A stretch of DNA of 61,775 nt, counting the filler, from Choristocarpus tenellus KU-1152 (taxonomy: Eukaryota > Protista > Phaeophyceae): assembly GCA_964200185.2 (NCBI GenBank). It is 9 parts of 9 records of this genome, joined end to end, with 100 filler letters (N's around TTAATTAATTAA, not from the genome) between each part and the next. Parts side by side here need not be neighbours in the genome. Positions count along the whole stretch, not along the records: positions 25,237 to 30,018 come from CAXNAD020013083.1; positions 30,119 to 32,808 come from CAXNAD020025628.1; positions 32,909 to 45,928 come from CAXNAD020001613.1; 6 more parts are not named here. One strand, given 5' to 3'. The notes beneath the pieces were generated by a model, which did not search any database, was not told the origin of the DNA, and worked only from the letters and a program-made list of their open reading frames with translations. Position 1 is the first letter of the stretch; every line of letters begins with the position of its first letter. Positions 28,888 through 39,400 of this stretch are shown here, one piece after another. A program made the translations under genes and the position numbers.

Positions 28888-29153
28888 GAGTGAAAGTATC
28901 TTGAAGGGTACGAGTTTTGCCCTATTTGTCCGTTTATGGTTTGGTTTCCCAAGGGTTTGTAATGACATTTTACCTACTACTCCGAAGTATTTCAGAGTAG
29001 TAGGTAAAATGTGTACGTTATGAAAAGATGTGTCCAAAACAGGGATATTGACACTTCATAACAAACATGATAGGCAAAATTACATCAAAATCGTAAGATT
29101 GGATTTTGGTCCCCTAACGGACACGGCCTCTACCCTCTAATATAATTTGACTC
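28888..29153 (+). mobile_element. MITE family A
   Basis: GAGTGAAAGTATCTT ... CCCTCTAATATAATTTGACTC; TTT on both flanks. Confidence 0.9.
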
Positions 29154-29352
29154 TTTTTCTGATGGCGGGAATGTGACTGCCAATATAATGATAACAATTA
29201 TGATGGGAACAACGTACATTTTGTGATAGACTGCCAAAAAAAGTTCACTTTTCCTGCTATTTAAAGACAACCCTTGCTTATTAAGTATTACTTTTCTTTT
29301 TTCTTGAATCAATGTATAGAGTATATTCATAAGTTATCTCTATGCATTCTAA

Positions 29353-29558
29353 CTGTAACCTTTTAATAAAAATCATTAGGGTGGTCGAAGGAATTCCCCA
29401 AGTTTCATACATATAGGTAAAAAAACTATAATTGCAGTCGGTATTGCCATGCACATAATGGCAGAACTGCGAGCAATCTTAAGTCCGAATTTGTCACCTA
29501 TTATACGAAAGAACATACCTCCACTCGATCTCATTAAATAACCAATTCCAAAAACTGA
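29353..29558 (-). pseudogene. Fragment of bacterial-type MFS transporter (MHS family, ProP-like), frameshifted
   Basis: SVFGIGYLMRSSGGMFFRIIGDKFGLKIARSSAIMCMAIPTAIIVFLP, then after a frameshift YETWGIPSTTLMIFIKRLQ. Fits the MHS TM2-TM4 pattern (F.MRPLGG..FG..GDKFGRK..MAIPT..IG.LP.Y..IG..R.LQ). Intronless and AT-rich. Confidence 0.75.
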
Positions 29559-29996
29559 TTTCCCTCTGTACATTTGTATGTCTGTAGACTGCCCCACCCT
29601 CCGATTAGCGAAACACTTGCATCATCAGGACCTCATTTTATGTGTATGTAGTAGTGTCACATATACTCCGTATATACTATGCATGGTTAAATCATCATTC
29701 CCAAGCAGCAGGTACATGACGTTAGCACTGCCATGGCAAGCGACACAGTATGTATGTGACACCTCCGCCCCCTTCATCAACAGATCAAATCACTCCTGCC
29801 TGCTTCTAGTTCTGGCCTTATCAACCTGGGGGATAACTGTAATGGACAGGGTGATGAATAGCTACCGACAGGGACAGTAAGAATACCTTGAATTTAGATA
29901 TTAGAGGCAGCAAAGAGCATAATAAGAAAGAACACCAAAAACACCACAACACACCAGAATCATTTGTTGCTACAAAAATACTCTGCGTTTCTATCT

Positions 29997-30018
29997 GACC
30001 CAAATATCTGGGGGGGGG
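29997..30018 (-). mobile_element. MITE family B end truncated by contig break
   Basis: GACCCAAATATCT followed by a G-run at the gap. Confidence 0.55.
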
Positions 30019-30118
30019 NNNNNNNNNNNNNNNNNNNNNNNNNNNNNNNNNNNNNNNNNNNNTTAATTAATTAANNNNNNNNNNNNNNNNNNNNNNNNNN
30101 NNNNNNNNNNNNNNNNNN
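30019..30118. other. Artificial contig spacer
   Basis: N44-TTAATTAATTAA-N44. Confidence 0.97.
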
Positions 30119-30152
30119 CCCCCCCCCCCCTCCCCCCCAGATACTTTGACCT
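30119..30152. mobile_element. MITE terminal fragment at contig start
   Basis: Poly-C followed by AGATACTTTGACC. Confidence 0.65.
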
Positions 30153-31209
30153 CGTAACATGAAATTTATACCACACAACCAAACCAACTACACACTGTGA
30201 CTTTCTTGGGATCAACCTAGGATGAAGCCTCTAGGACCTACCTGCATACATCGATCAAGAAAACGCTCTCCACCATACTCCACTCCTACAAAACAAACAA
30301 GCATCACATTAGTCCAAGCAACAAACCTCTCCTTCCTACAGCCATGATACCAACATAAACAAATCAACAAAATTGAACCAACCTACACATAGTCCTAACC
30401 CTGAACAAAAAAAATCACCACGAGCACATGCCCTGTCATTCACAGGGGCCAAGCAAGGACTGTGCATATGAATGACTGAGCATGTTCTACTGCTACCCTT
30501 CAAAGGAGAATCAGATCCCAATACTCTGTCCATTGGCTGCAGACTGATTCCAAAAGTCAGTATGAGTCTAGGCCCACCCACATCCTAGGTCGTAGAAGGG
30601 CTCAAGCATCCAGGTCCAGCCCTTCTTCACATAGCAAAACCAAGAACACACATACACACACACACACATATATATATGTATTTATTCTGTTCACACTTAC
30701 ATTATTATTCAATCATCTTCTTCAGAATAATTTAGCAAAATCTTCGAAACCACACTACATTTTTTCATTTTTTGTATATATTTATATTTTTATCAATTTA
30801 CATCTAGAAGCAACAGCAGTTGAAATTGACTAGGAAAATGGCTGATCCACACTGCATCATTCAGGTACCCCTTGAATGTTTCATTCTTCTCACGATAATA
30901 ATAATAAGATTAATATTAGTAATAATAAAAATAATAGTAAAATATTAATTCATTCAAGATTTTTTTTCATTTTTATCTCCCAAATATGTTTCAGAAATCA
31001 CGCTACACCAACCATAGTACAATACCAATAATAACTTTAAAAAATACATAAAAAAATAAAAAGAGAAAATTCAATTACAAAAAGGAACACCAACAACAGC
31101 GCTCCTCCTACTCATTATTGTTAGCTTTTCTTCATGTTTCTAAATGCCTATCTTATCTTACCCATCATCACACCCCATCAAAAAAACGCTTGCATAGGAA
31201 CATGTTCCC

Positions 31210-31245
<36 letters not shown>

Positions 31246-31309
31246 AAAACCCCCACCCAGGGAAACTCTCCCCCCCCCCCCCCCCCCCCCCCGCCCCCCA
31301 CCCACACTC

Positions 31310-31470
31310 ACTGGCCAACACGTCCTTGTCGATCCCGAAGTCCTCTTCATCACTATAGACTATCCCTGACAGCACATCATCCCCCTCAGAAGCCTGCATG
31401 CTGTCACTCACAAAGACATCCCTTTCCCCCTCACTTAGGGTATACCCTCCACTTGCCTCTTGTTCACCCT
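31310..31470 (-). CDS. Possible isolated exon (acidic), unidentified gene
   Basis: T-rich tract + GCAG acceptor, open frame RVNKRQVEGITLSEGERDVFVSDSMQASEGDDVLSGIVYSDEEDFGIDKDVLA, GTGAGT donor; boundaries approximate. Confidence 0.35.
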
Positions 31471-32092
31471 CTGCAAAAAAATAAAAAAATACCGGGACAA
31501 AATATTGAAAAAAAAAACATATATTTGTATGTTTTTAAAAGACATAACAAAACACAGTTTCAAACTCCAGAATTTGACTGATTCGGTTTTACCAATAGTT
31601 GAGCTTCAACATTATCAAAGGGTGAAGATGATAATAGTAATAATAATTTTTGTTGTTCTTAAACACTTCATTTATTCTTCTCTTAAAATATATATTATTC
31701 CACTTTTTGTTCTTGCACACATCATTCATTGTTCTCTTAATATATATATACATATATATATATATATATTCCACGTACGAAAAAAAACTACTATCAAACA
31801 ATCGCAAGCACCCAACCTTCCTGTTAATTTTAAGCAATACTGTCATTTAAACCTACTCTAACCCTACCAAGGATTTCCTTCCAACTTGCCATTTCCGGTC
31901 TAGCCATAATTTGTTAGAAGAACTAACTCTAACCCTAACCCTAAGTTCATTACTTGTCACTCCAGAAAGCTTGATACAATTTTCCGTAAGTAACATTCAC
32001 CAATGTGTTATAAAATACAAAAAAAAATGTAACCATTCTTCAAAACAATTATCATACAAAATACTCCAAAAATAACAAAGAACATATTTTGA

Positions 32093-32256
32093 TGTCACTA
32101 CTAAAAACATTAAAAATAACATACATTGCTGTCACTACTAAAAACATTAAAAATAACATACATTGCTGTCACTACTAAAAACACTAAAAATAACATACAT
32201 TGCTGTCAATACTAAAAACATTAAAAATAACATACATTGCTATCAATACTAAAAAC
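32093..32256. repeat. 37-bp AT-rich minisatellite x4.4
   Basis: Unit TGTCACTACTAAAAACATTAAAAATAACATACATTGC, contiguous, no spacers. Confidence 0.93.
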
Positions 32257-32710
32257 GTAAAGAACAAAATATTGAAATAATATTAATATTGTAAAAAACG
32301 AAAAACATTAGAATAATATTAAAAATCAACACTTATGTCATGTAGCCTCCCATACAAAGCAAGAGAATAGAAAAAAATACAAAATGATACACCATGCTCA
32401 ATGATATACACTGGCCAACTCAAGTCAATTTTCCTCCTTTCTCTCTGATACAGCCTTGACAAAAATGGACTCAGAAAGTTAGACTTGCTTCTCTACCTCA
32501 CCAAAACAACTCCACTACCACCTTGACACCCCACCACTACCTTAAAAAATACCACCCACACTGTGTGTATGCACGTGTGTGTGACCTTGGACTCATCACA
32601 CACGCCTGCCTCCCTGTGAAAACCGAGAGTCCCTGAAAGTGAAGAAAAAGCATGCAGCAAACACCAGAACAATTTCATCCTCCTTTTTTCTCTTTTCTCC
32701 ACATCACACT

Positions 32711-32750
32711 GGGTCTAAGTATCTGGGGGGGGGGGGGGGGGGGGGGGGGG
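32711..32750. mobile_element. MITE terminal fragment near contig end
   Basis: GGGTCTAAGTATCT followed by poly-G. Confidence 0.6.
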
Positions 32751-32808
32751 GCCGTTTTTTCCCCTTTTTTCCTTTTTTTTTTTTTTGTGTTGTTTTGTCG
32801 TTTGTTTT

Positions 32809-32908
32809 NNNNNNNNNNNNNNNNNNNNNNNNNNNNNNNNNNNNNNNNNNNNTTAATTAATTAANNNNNNNNNNNNNNNNNNNNNNNNNNNNNNNNNNNN
32901 NNNNNNNN
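32809..32908. other. Artificial contig spacer
   Basis: N44-TTAATTAATTAA-N44. Confidence 0.97.
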
Positions 32909-32978
32909 CCAAAAATCGCGACATACAAAAATTGACCCCAAATGGACAGCCGCCACCCCCTCCCAGATACTTTGAGCC
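32909..32978 (-). mobile_element. MITE family B, partial (presumably within a WDR19 intron)
   Basis: Reverse complement of the family-B left end: ..TTGACCCCAAATGGACAGCCGCCACCCCC..AGATACTTTGAGCC. Confidence 0.8.
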
Positions 32979-33383
32979 TTCTCCATTCACACAGATCATC
33001 GCTAATGCCCAGATTCTGACTGTATGTCTGCAGCTCTATATCACCTCCTCAAACATTACTACTTTGTTCTGAACAGATGCCACCTGGCTGCAAATGAAAC
33101 CCTTCTAGTCTAATTGAGAGACCATACTAAGAACTAAAAAATTTCGCTCCATTGGAGCTCTTCTGGATTGGAAAGATTACAACTAGTATTCTGTCAACAC
33201 CTGATGAGTGCATACACTGGTCAATGGCCCTGCCACAGAGGAAGATATAACAGAACTATCCAGTCCAATACATGCAATCTTGACCCGTGGAATCACCTCC
33301 ACATCCCCTTCATCAATCCTCTTGTTTACCACCTTCAATTATTTGTACTGGAGTACCTAACCCTCTCTGCTCCCTGCTCTTGC

Positions 33384-36228
33384 CTGGGTGAGTTTGTCTC
33401 CAGCAGGGCTGTATAGCCACCCTACGTTAGAGTCATCCATGAACACTACCCTTGTCCCAAGGTAATTAGGCCAGAGTCGCATTATTGCTGCTGAATGCCT
33501 TAGCTCTGACCCCGCCAAGGCAGCCCACTCTGGCAGACAGAAGAGCTCCAGAGTGCCAGCTTCAGTACCATAGATCAAGAATGCCTCAGTCAGTGCAACA
33601 GAAGTTGCCTTCCCATGAGCTCCATCATCCCGTTCAGGAAAGGTTCGGCGCTGCCCAGTTCCAATCCCATCTACACTCCCAGTCAACTTTCTATCATGAG
33701 GACCGCTAGACCCCATTCTTGGCGGATTTTCAGGCTCTATAGGGTTCAACACCACCTGAGAGCCACTCAAGACTGCTGCAAAGTCAACATTAAGACATAT
33801 GTTGATAACCTGGCCATTATACTCCCGTTCATCTACCTTTGCATTCAAGTTATGTCAAGGTCAGAGGAGTGGTACGTAAGAGCTGGACAATGGGGGTGTG
33901 CTTTATTACTGTTTGTTGGCAGGTGGGTGGAAGAGAATAGGAGGGATGGGGATGTATACAGAAATTGTGGGAATTGTTAAGAAATTCAGAGGTTGGCAGG
34001 ACCTCAAGGACTCAAGGACTTTGGACTTCCTCAGCCTACGGAACAAGCCTGAGCATGCATGGGGTGTAGCCTTCCTCTCCACCAGTTACCTGTTGTTTGC
34101 GGTCCACATCCACCCGATAGAACAGAACACGGTTATTCATCCCCACAGCTATGTGCCCTGGACCCAAGGCAACAATAGTCGGCTCAATGCCAACAGGTAG
34201 TGTCAAAGGTTTCTCCTTGGGGTGGGCAGCATCAACCACAGTGACCTCTCTCAGGGAAGAGAGATAAACCAGACGTGGCCCACAGGAGGCATGCACGGTT
34301 GGCATGCTGGCCAAGAAATTGAACACGGAACCAACAGTGTTGGCTACACTGAGTATTTGACCATCTGGTGACCAGGAAAGACAACCAATCTTGCTCTCAG
34401 CATCATCAAATGCAATTGCATCCGACTTCTCCTCCTTGTTTGTGTTCATATCCACCACCTGGCACCTCAGGTTATCAGACAGAGAGGCAAGGGGGTTTCA
34501 TTGGATAGTCTATATTTTGTGATATGAAGGTGGTTGGGTGGGCTAGTTGTTTTATGTTTCTTTGAATGACCCAAGGGTAAGGACAGATTGACAAAGTTGC
34601 ACAGTAAGGTGTGGTAATGAGATCATGAATCAACATGTAGCGCTCTGAAGTTGGCAGAATTGAAAGTAGAGGAATGCCAATTGAAATGGTCTATCCGAAT
34701 GTTGTTTATTATTAATAATGAAAATAATTGGGTTTTATTTTGCAGCATGCATTCCACTCCATCCCAACTCAAAATTGGAAGGTAGTCACCACTAAAAAAA
34801 ACAAAACAGTACTCCTAAGTACATTGCTAATTCAAACTCAAAATCAAGTGCAGAAGCCTAACATAACAATATCTTCCTCAAACCACACCTTAATTCCACC
34901 CAATCCTGCTGTCGCTGCTCGTTTGAGCACAGAGGAGTAAGCGACATCCGCCATTGATCCGTTATGGAATCGCCCACTAAACTGCTCCTCGCCAATCTCA
35001 CTCATGAGTGTGGAGATCACAACTAAGAAGCCCTGCACGTTATGGAGTGTCAAGCGAGTTGTGCTTACCATCTAGGCAACCGAGGAGTGTGATAGCTTGG
35101 GACTTGAAAATGATGAGAGCACTTTGCAATATGTAATATCTATACTACTTGAAATTCATTTTTTGCCTTTGTCTCAAAAACAAAGTGTTTACTAGACCAA
35201 CTCTATACAGGAAAGAATTCAGGTCATAACCCAAAATATGGTGTGATGGTATTGATACTAGTTGCCTTTCAATTTTTTTTCTTGCATTCATAGAGCGTCT
35301 CACTTACCTCAGTAAAGCCGATGAGCATGTAGTCACCACCAATCCACCTGTGGACCTTGATTTTGCCGTACTTGACCTGGAATGCTAGCTCTACAGGGTT
35401 GTCAGGATCTTCAACACTGTGCAGGAGAAGAGACTTTCCGTTCATGTTTACTGCAATAATATTATCAGTGCTGGTGTGCTCCCCCTGTTTGCGAGAAGGG
35501 TCTTCTTTTTTTTGTGCCACAAAGCACATGTCGATTGGTTGTCGGTCCATGTTGGTCTGATTTAAGGTGTCGCCAACCTCATTGCTAACTGTCAACGAGC
35601 AGTCCACGGATCCGAGAGCAAGCTTATTGTCTAGACTCCATGCGCCACAAGTTATGCGCCGAGGATGCTTACCGAGCACAGGAATCTTCTTGCGGGTGTT
35701 CTTGTTGTAGATGAGGAGGTTACCTTTAGCGGTGCCCACGGCCAGCTGAGGACCAACTTTAGACCACGCCATGAATGTCGGATCTTTGAGATTGGTATCG
35801 ACGCTCAAGATTTTGCGAGATGAGGAATCCCAGATGGGGATGATTCCATTTCCCTCCTGTAGTACTGCCAGACTATCCCCGTCCATATCCCAGTCGAGAG
35901 AGGTTATAGCGCCGTTGCCTTGTAGGGAGATCTCGTCGACCCTTTGCCCATGGCGATCAAAAATGTGAACCAAACCTTTTTGCCAGTGAGCAAGAGGGAG
36001 CGTTGACGTACTGTGGTCAATTTCTGTTCTTAACCCTCCCACGGTTAGTACGCCATAGCCAATTGTGACATGGTAAGGGGGCAGGGGACGTCATGTAGAC
36101 AAGACTATCGATGATTTAACCTCACAGTTCTTCCCGGCTGTTGCAAGTAGATTGCCCTCTGGTTGCCACTTGATAATGACATCTCCGCGGCCGTGCTCTT
36201 CCGTACCTATCTTGAACAAGCGCTTCAT
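33384..36228 (-). CDS. WDR19: WD repeat protein 19 / intraflagellar transport protein IFT144, 5' part (first 5 exons)
   Basis: Exons 36228-36126, 35975-35308, 35032-34889, 34458-34090 and 33836-33384 splice in phase. Motifs MKRLF, IFDRHGQ, LAVGTAKGNLLIYN..RKIPVLGKH..RITCG, AVGMNNR, FLIYGT and GTRVVF are characteristic of WDR19/IFT144. The rest of the gene lies beyond the contig break. Confidence 0.96.
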
Positions 36229-36475
36229 TGTGAAGATTTTCCACTACTCAACCCTCGGATTCAGTATCCTTTCCCTTTTCAATCTCGAGTGAAGCGAGGT
36301 TTGCAGTTACACACACCAAAGAGAAAACCTTAACCCCAAAAAGTGAGGAAAGCAACACAAACGCCTTCTCAAGACGATTAAAAAATTCAAACCCAACCGT
36401 CAATCTCAAAAATCCACAGTGATGGTGGCATTTGTGTGGAAGTTGGGACGATAGTCACGCCATGATTGCCTAACG

Positions 36476-39400
36476 ATGGAGCCCCAAGGGGGCACTTTCC
36501 TAGAAAGCACTGTTTGGGTTGGCAACGGTTCCTCCGTGGGAAATATCAAGGACGACATCCAGGTAGAGAGTCACCCACAAGGCGCGGGAGAGTATCACAG
36601 AATCGAGAGAGAGATGATAGATAATGTAATGAGTGTACCTCTTCGCCATGTGTAGTTAGTATCTTTGTCCGTAACTGATCTAAGCACTAGGAGGAGCCGC
36701 CCTGTTGGAAGAAGTAACGTCGGAAACCTGGTAATGATTTCACCTCCTGCTTTCCTGCTTCATCCATCTGGGGTTCATCGTGACAGGCAATTGAAAGGAC
36801 GGTTACCCGGTTAAGCAATGGTTTTACTGGTGCACCGCCTGATACTGTTGAGGTGATAAAAGTAACTGCTGCATACAGGCTTGCTGGCCTTACCAGTCAG
36901 GTTTGGATCATCATCTCAAGGCATTATCATGTGTCCCCTGTAAAATCGGTCGACCTGCAAACAAATATCTTTCAACTCACTGGAAGAAGGGTTTCTTGTG
37001 CCCTTCACTATTCCTACTGGCCGCCTACTTTTCATTGTCTTCCTCCCCATGGATAGATTGGGGATCCTCTTCGCTCAAACAGTTTGCTGTCGCCCCCTGT
37101 CGCTAGAGGAAGTTCACAGTCACAAAGCGAGGTGGACAGTGTCGCTAGCACAAGCGAACTTCCCCATCATCTGAGGTCAGGTCATCTTACATGAATAATC
37201 CTAACCACTAGATTTGTAGATAGGTATGTATCTCAAAACAGATGCAAGGCGATGTACCTTTCTGAAGCGAGACTATAATCGGTTAATGTCCCATGCCCAC
37301 CACACTGTTGTATGCCCCTTTATTCCTAGGGTGTTTGTTCTGAAACTGGGTCTTTGAAATATCAGTGCTGTGATTTTCTGTTTATTAGCCTTGCGATTGA
37401 TGAGACTGATATCTTGACTTTGAGGACACAATCTCACTGTGTAGTTTGCTACAATATTTAACACTGATCATAGAGAATGCTGCCCTGTTGGAATCCGACA
37501 GGGGATGGTCTGAAGGGATAGAAGGAGATTTTGATTGTGTTTCAGGAGATGATGGTGCCTTGCCCATGGTGGTACGCGCATCACAGCTTGTGGATAGTAA
37601 GGTGACCTGGATTCTTGTCTGTACTTGCAACAGAGGATCTGGGGGTATGGTGTGTGACCCAACATTTTGTGTATTGGAGCACTGGTTTAACATTTTTTTT
37701 TATCATACGACAGTCAGCCCTATCTGATGGTGCCAAGACTATTTTTCTCCTTTCTCAAACCAATTTCCCAGCTGCAGCCTGAAGACCTACCAACTTTTGT
37801 GAGTGATGGTAGAAACACTCCTCAGTTCTCTCCTCCCCACTGACTCAGGACCACACTCTGAGAAGGAAAACACCGTTAGCACAGGAATGGCAGGAGGGAC
37901 TCAGGGGGAAGGTAAACAGTGCGAAAAGACATCAGGTACAAGAGAAAGGAGTGCCTGTTGGGTTGCAGAATGAAGTGCCCTCCAGTCCTGTGAAGAACAG
38001 CGGCCCCATGGAGCAAAATATCAGTGTAGAAGGTATGGGGAATAATACGTGGAGGTGGGAGAAGAAGCTACAAGACACTTGGAAAGGGGGCTCGGATCAC
38101 ATGGAAGTGGGCGTTGATGGGGATCAACGGCACCATGAGGGAAGACACCAATGGAAAGATTGGAAGAAAAAGCGGCAACACCTGCAACAGCAGCCAAGTG
38201 GCGATCCATTTGATGATGTAGATGAAGGTGCTGAAGGTGACACTGAAGATGATGCCAAACCTACAGAATGGGACAAGCAGGGGGCAGGGTGGAGTGATGT
38301 TAACACTGGTTGGTCCTTGATGGTTGATATTAATGAGCAACAGATTGTAGCTGAGTCATTGCAGGCAGAGTGTCTGGCAAGGGACACAAAACTAGTTCAG
38401 CTGCGATCTGATACGGCATCTGTTGCTGCCTATGACAGTGGGTCCAAGGGCCTTACCACCACCCTCAATGAGAAAAATGGTGATACTCCTATGCCTACTA
38501 CTACCCCTGGTGCCCCCAATGATCTGGAGAATGAAGAGATTCATCCCTCAGTAGTTGAGGCAACACACTTGAGACAAGAGCTCCTGGAAGCAAGGCAGGA
38601 GTTGGATTCCCTTCAACAACATCCTTCGGCAGGGGAACTGAGAGGGCAGCAAAGTGGCCCTCAGACCAAAGCCTCTCCTGCTGAGGTGGCTGCCGTGAAT
38701 GCCCCTGTTTGGCCCTCAACCTGGAATTTGTCCTCTGCTTCCAGTGATACGAGGATGGGAACCATGATGAAGACCAGGACTGAGCTGGGGGTAGGCACAG
38801 ATGCTAGGACTGCATTGGGCCTTGATTCCGCCACGTCACCCGTGGTGATGACTGCACAGGAGAGTCTTCGCAACATGCGAGGCATGCTTGAGGACAGGGA
38901 GTGTGAGGCAAGCCGAGCAGCAGAGAGAGTTGCAAAGCTAAGAGTGGAATTGAAACAATCGGAGACCGAGCGAACAAGCATGGCAACCAAGCTTGAAGAG
39001 ATGGAGAAGGCTCTAGGGGAAGCCCGGGAGGAGGCTGGTCGTTTATCCCGTGCTGCGGAGGCCTCACAAGCACTAGTGGAGGGGCTAGATGTCTCACTGG
39101 TGGAACGGGAAAGGGAGCTGAATGATGCCGAGGATCGACTTGAGATGGCAGCTGGGGAGTTACGAGGGGAGAGGGCAGAAGTGACTCTCCTTAGGGCACA
39201 GTTGGAAACAGTCAGGAGTGAGATGGAGCGTGCTGAAAGGAGAGCCGAGGGTGCTGAGGTAGTGTCCGCAACATCAGATAGCTCTGGCAGGGGCGAGGGA
39301 GATTCGGAAAATCTTGCCAACTTGGTAAAGGCCCTTGAGGTCAAGCAGAGTGAGGTTGAAGTGGCTCGTGGGGATGCGAAGAGGGCAATGGCAGATGCGG

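Noticed and set aside
32093-32256. 37-bp repeats as a CRISPR array
   Set aside because: The units are contiguous with no unique spacers, there are no cas genes, and the context is eukaryotic.
36459-36470. GCCATGATTGCC shared with the gyrA upstream region (about 2616-2627) as a promoter motif
   Set aside because: Many 12-mer matches are expected by chance in 62 kb, and there are only two instances.
36516-36530. GTTGGCAAC as an RFX X-box for the ciliary gene
   Set aside because: The match is incomplete, lies inside the candidate exon, and RFX control of ciliary genes is established for animals rather than stramenopiles.
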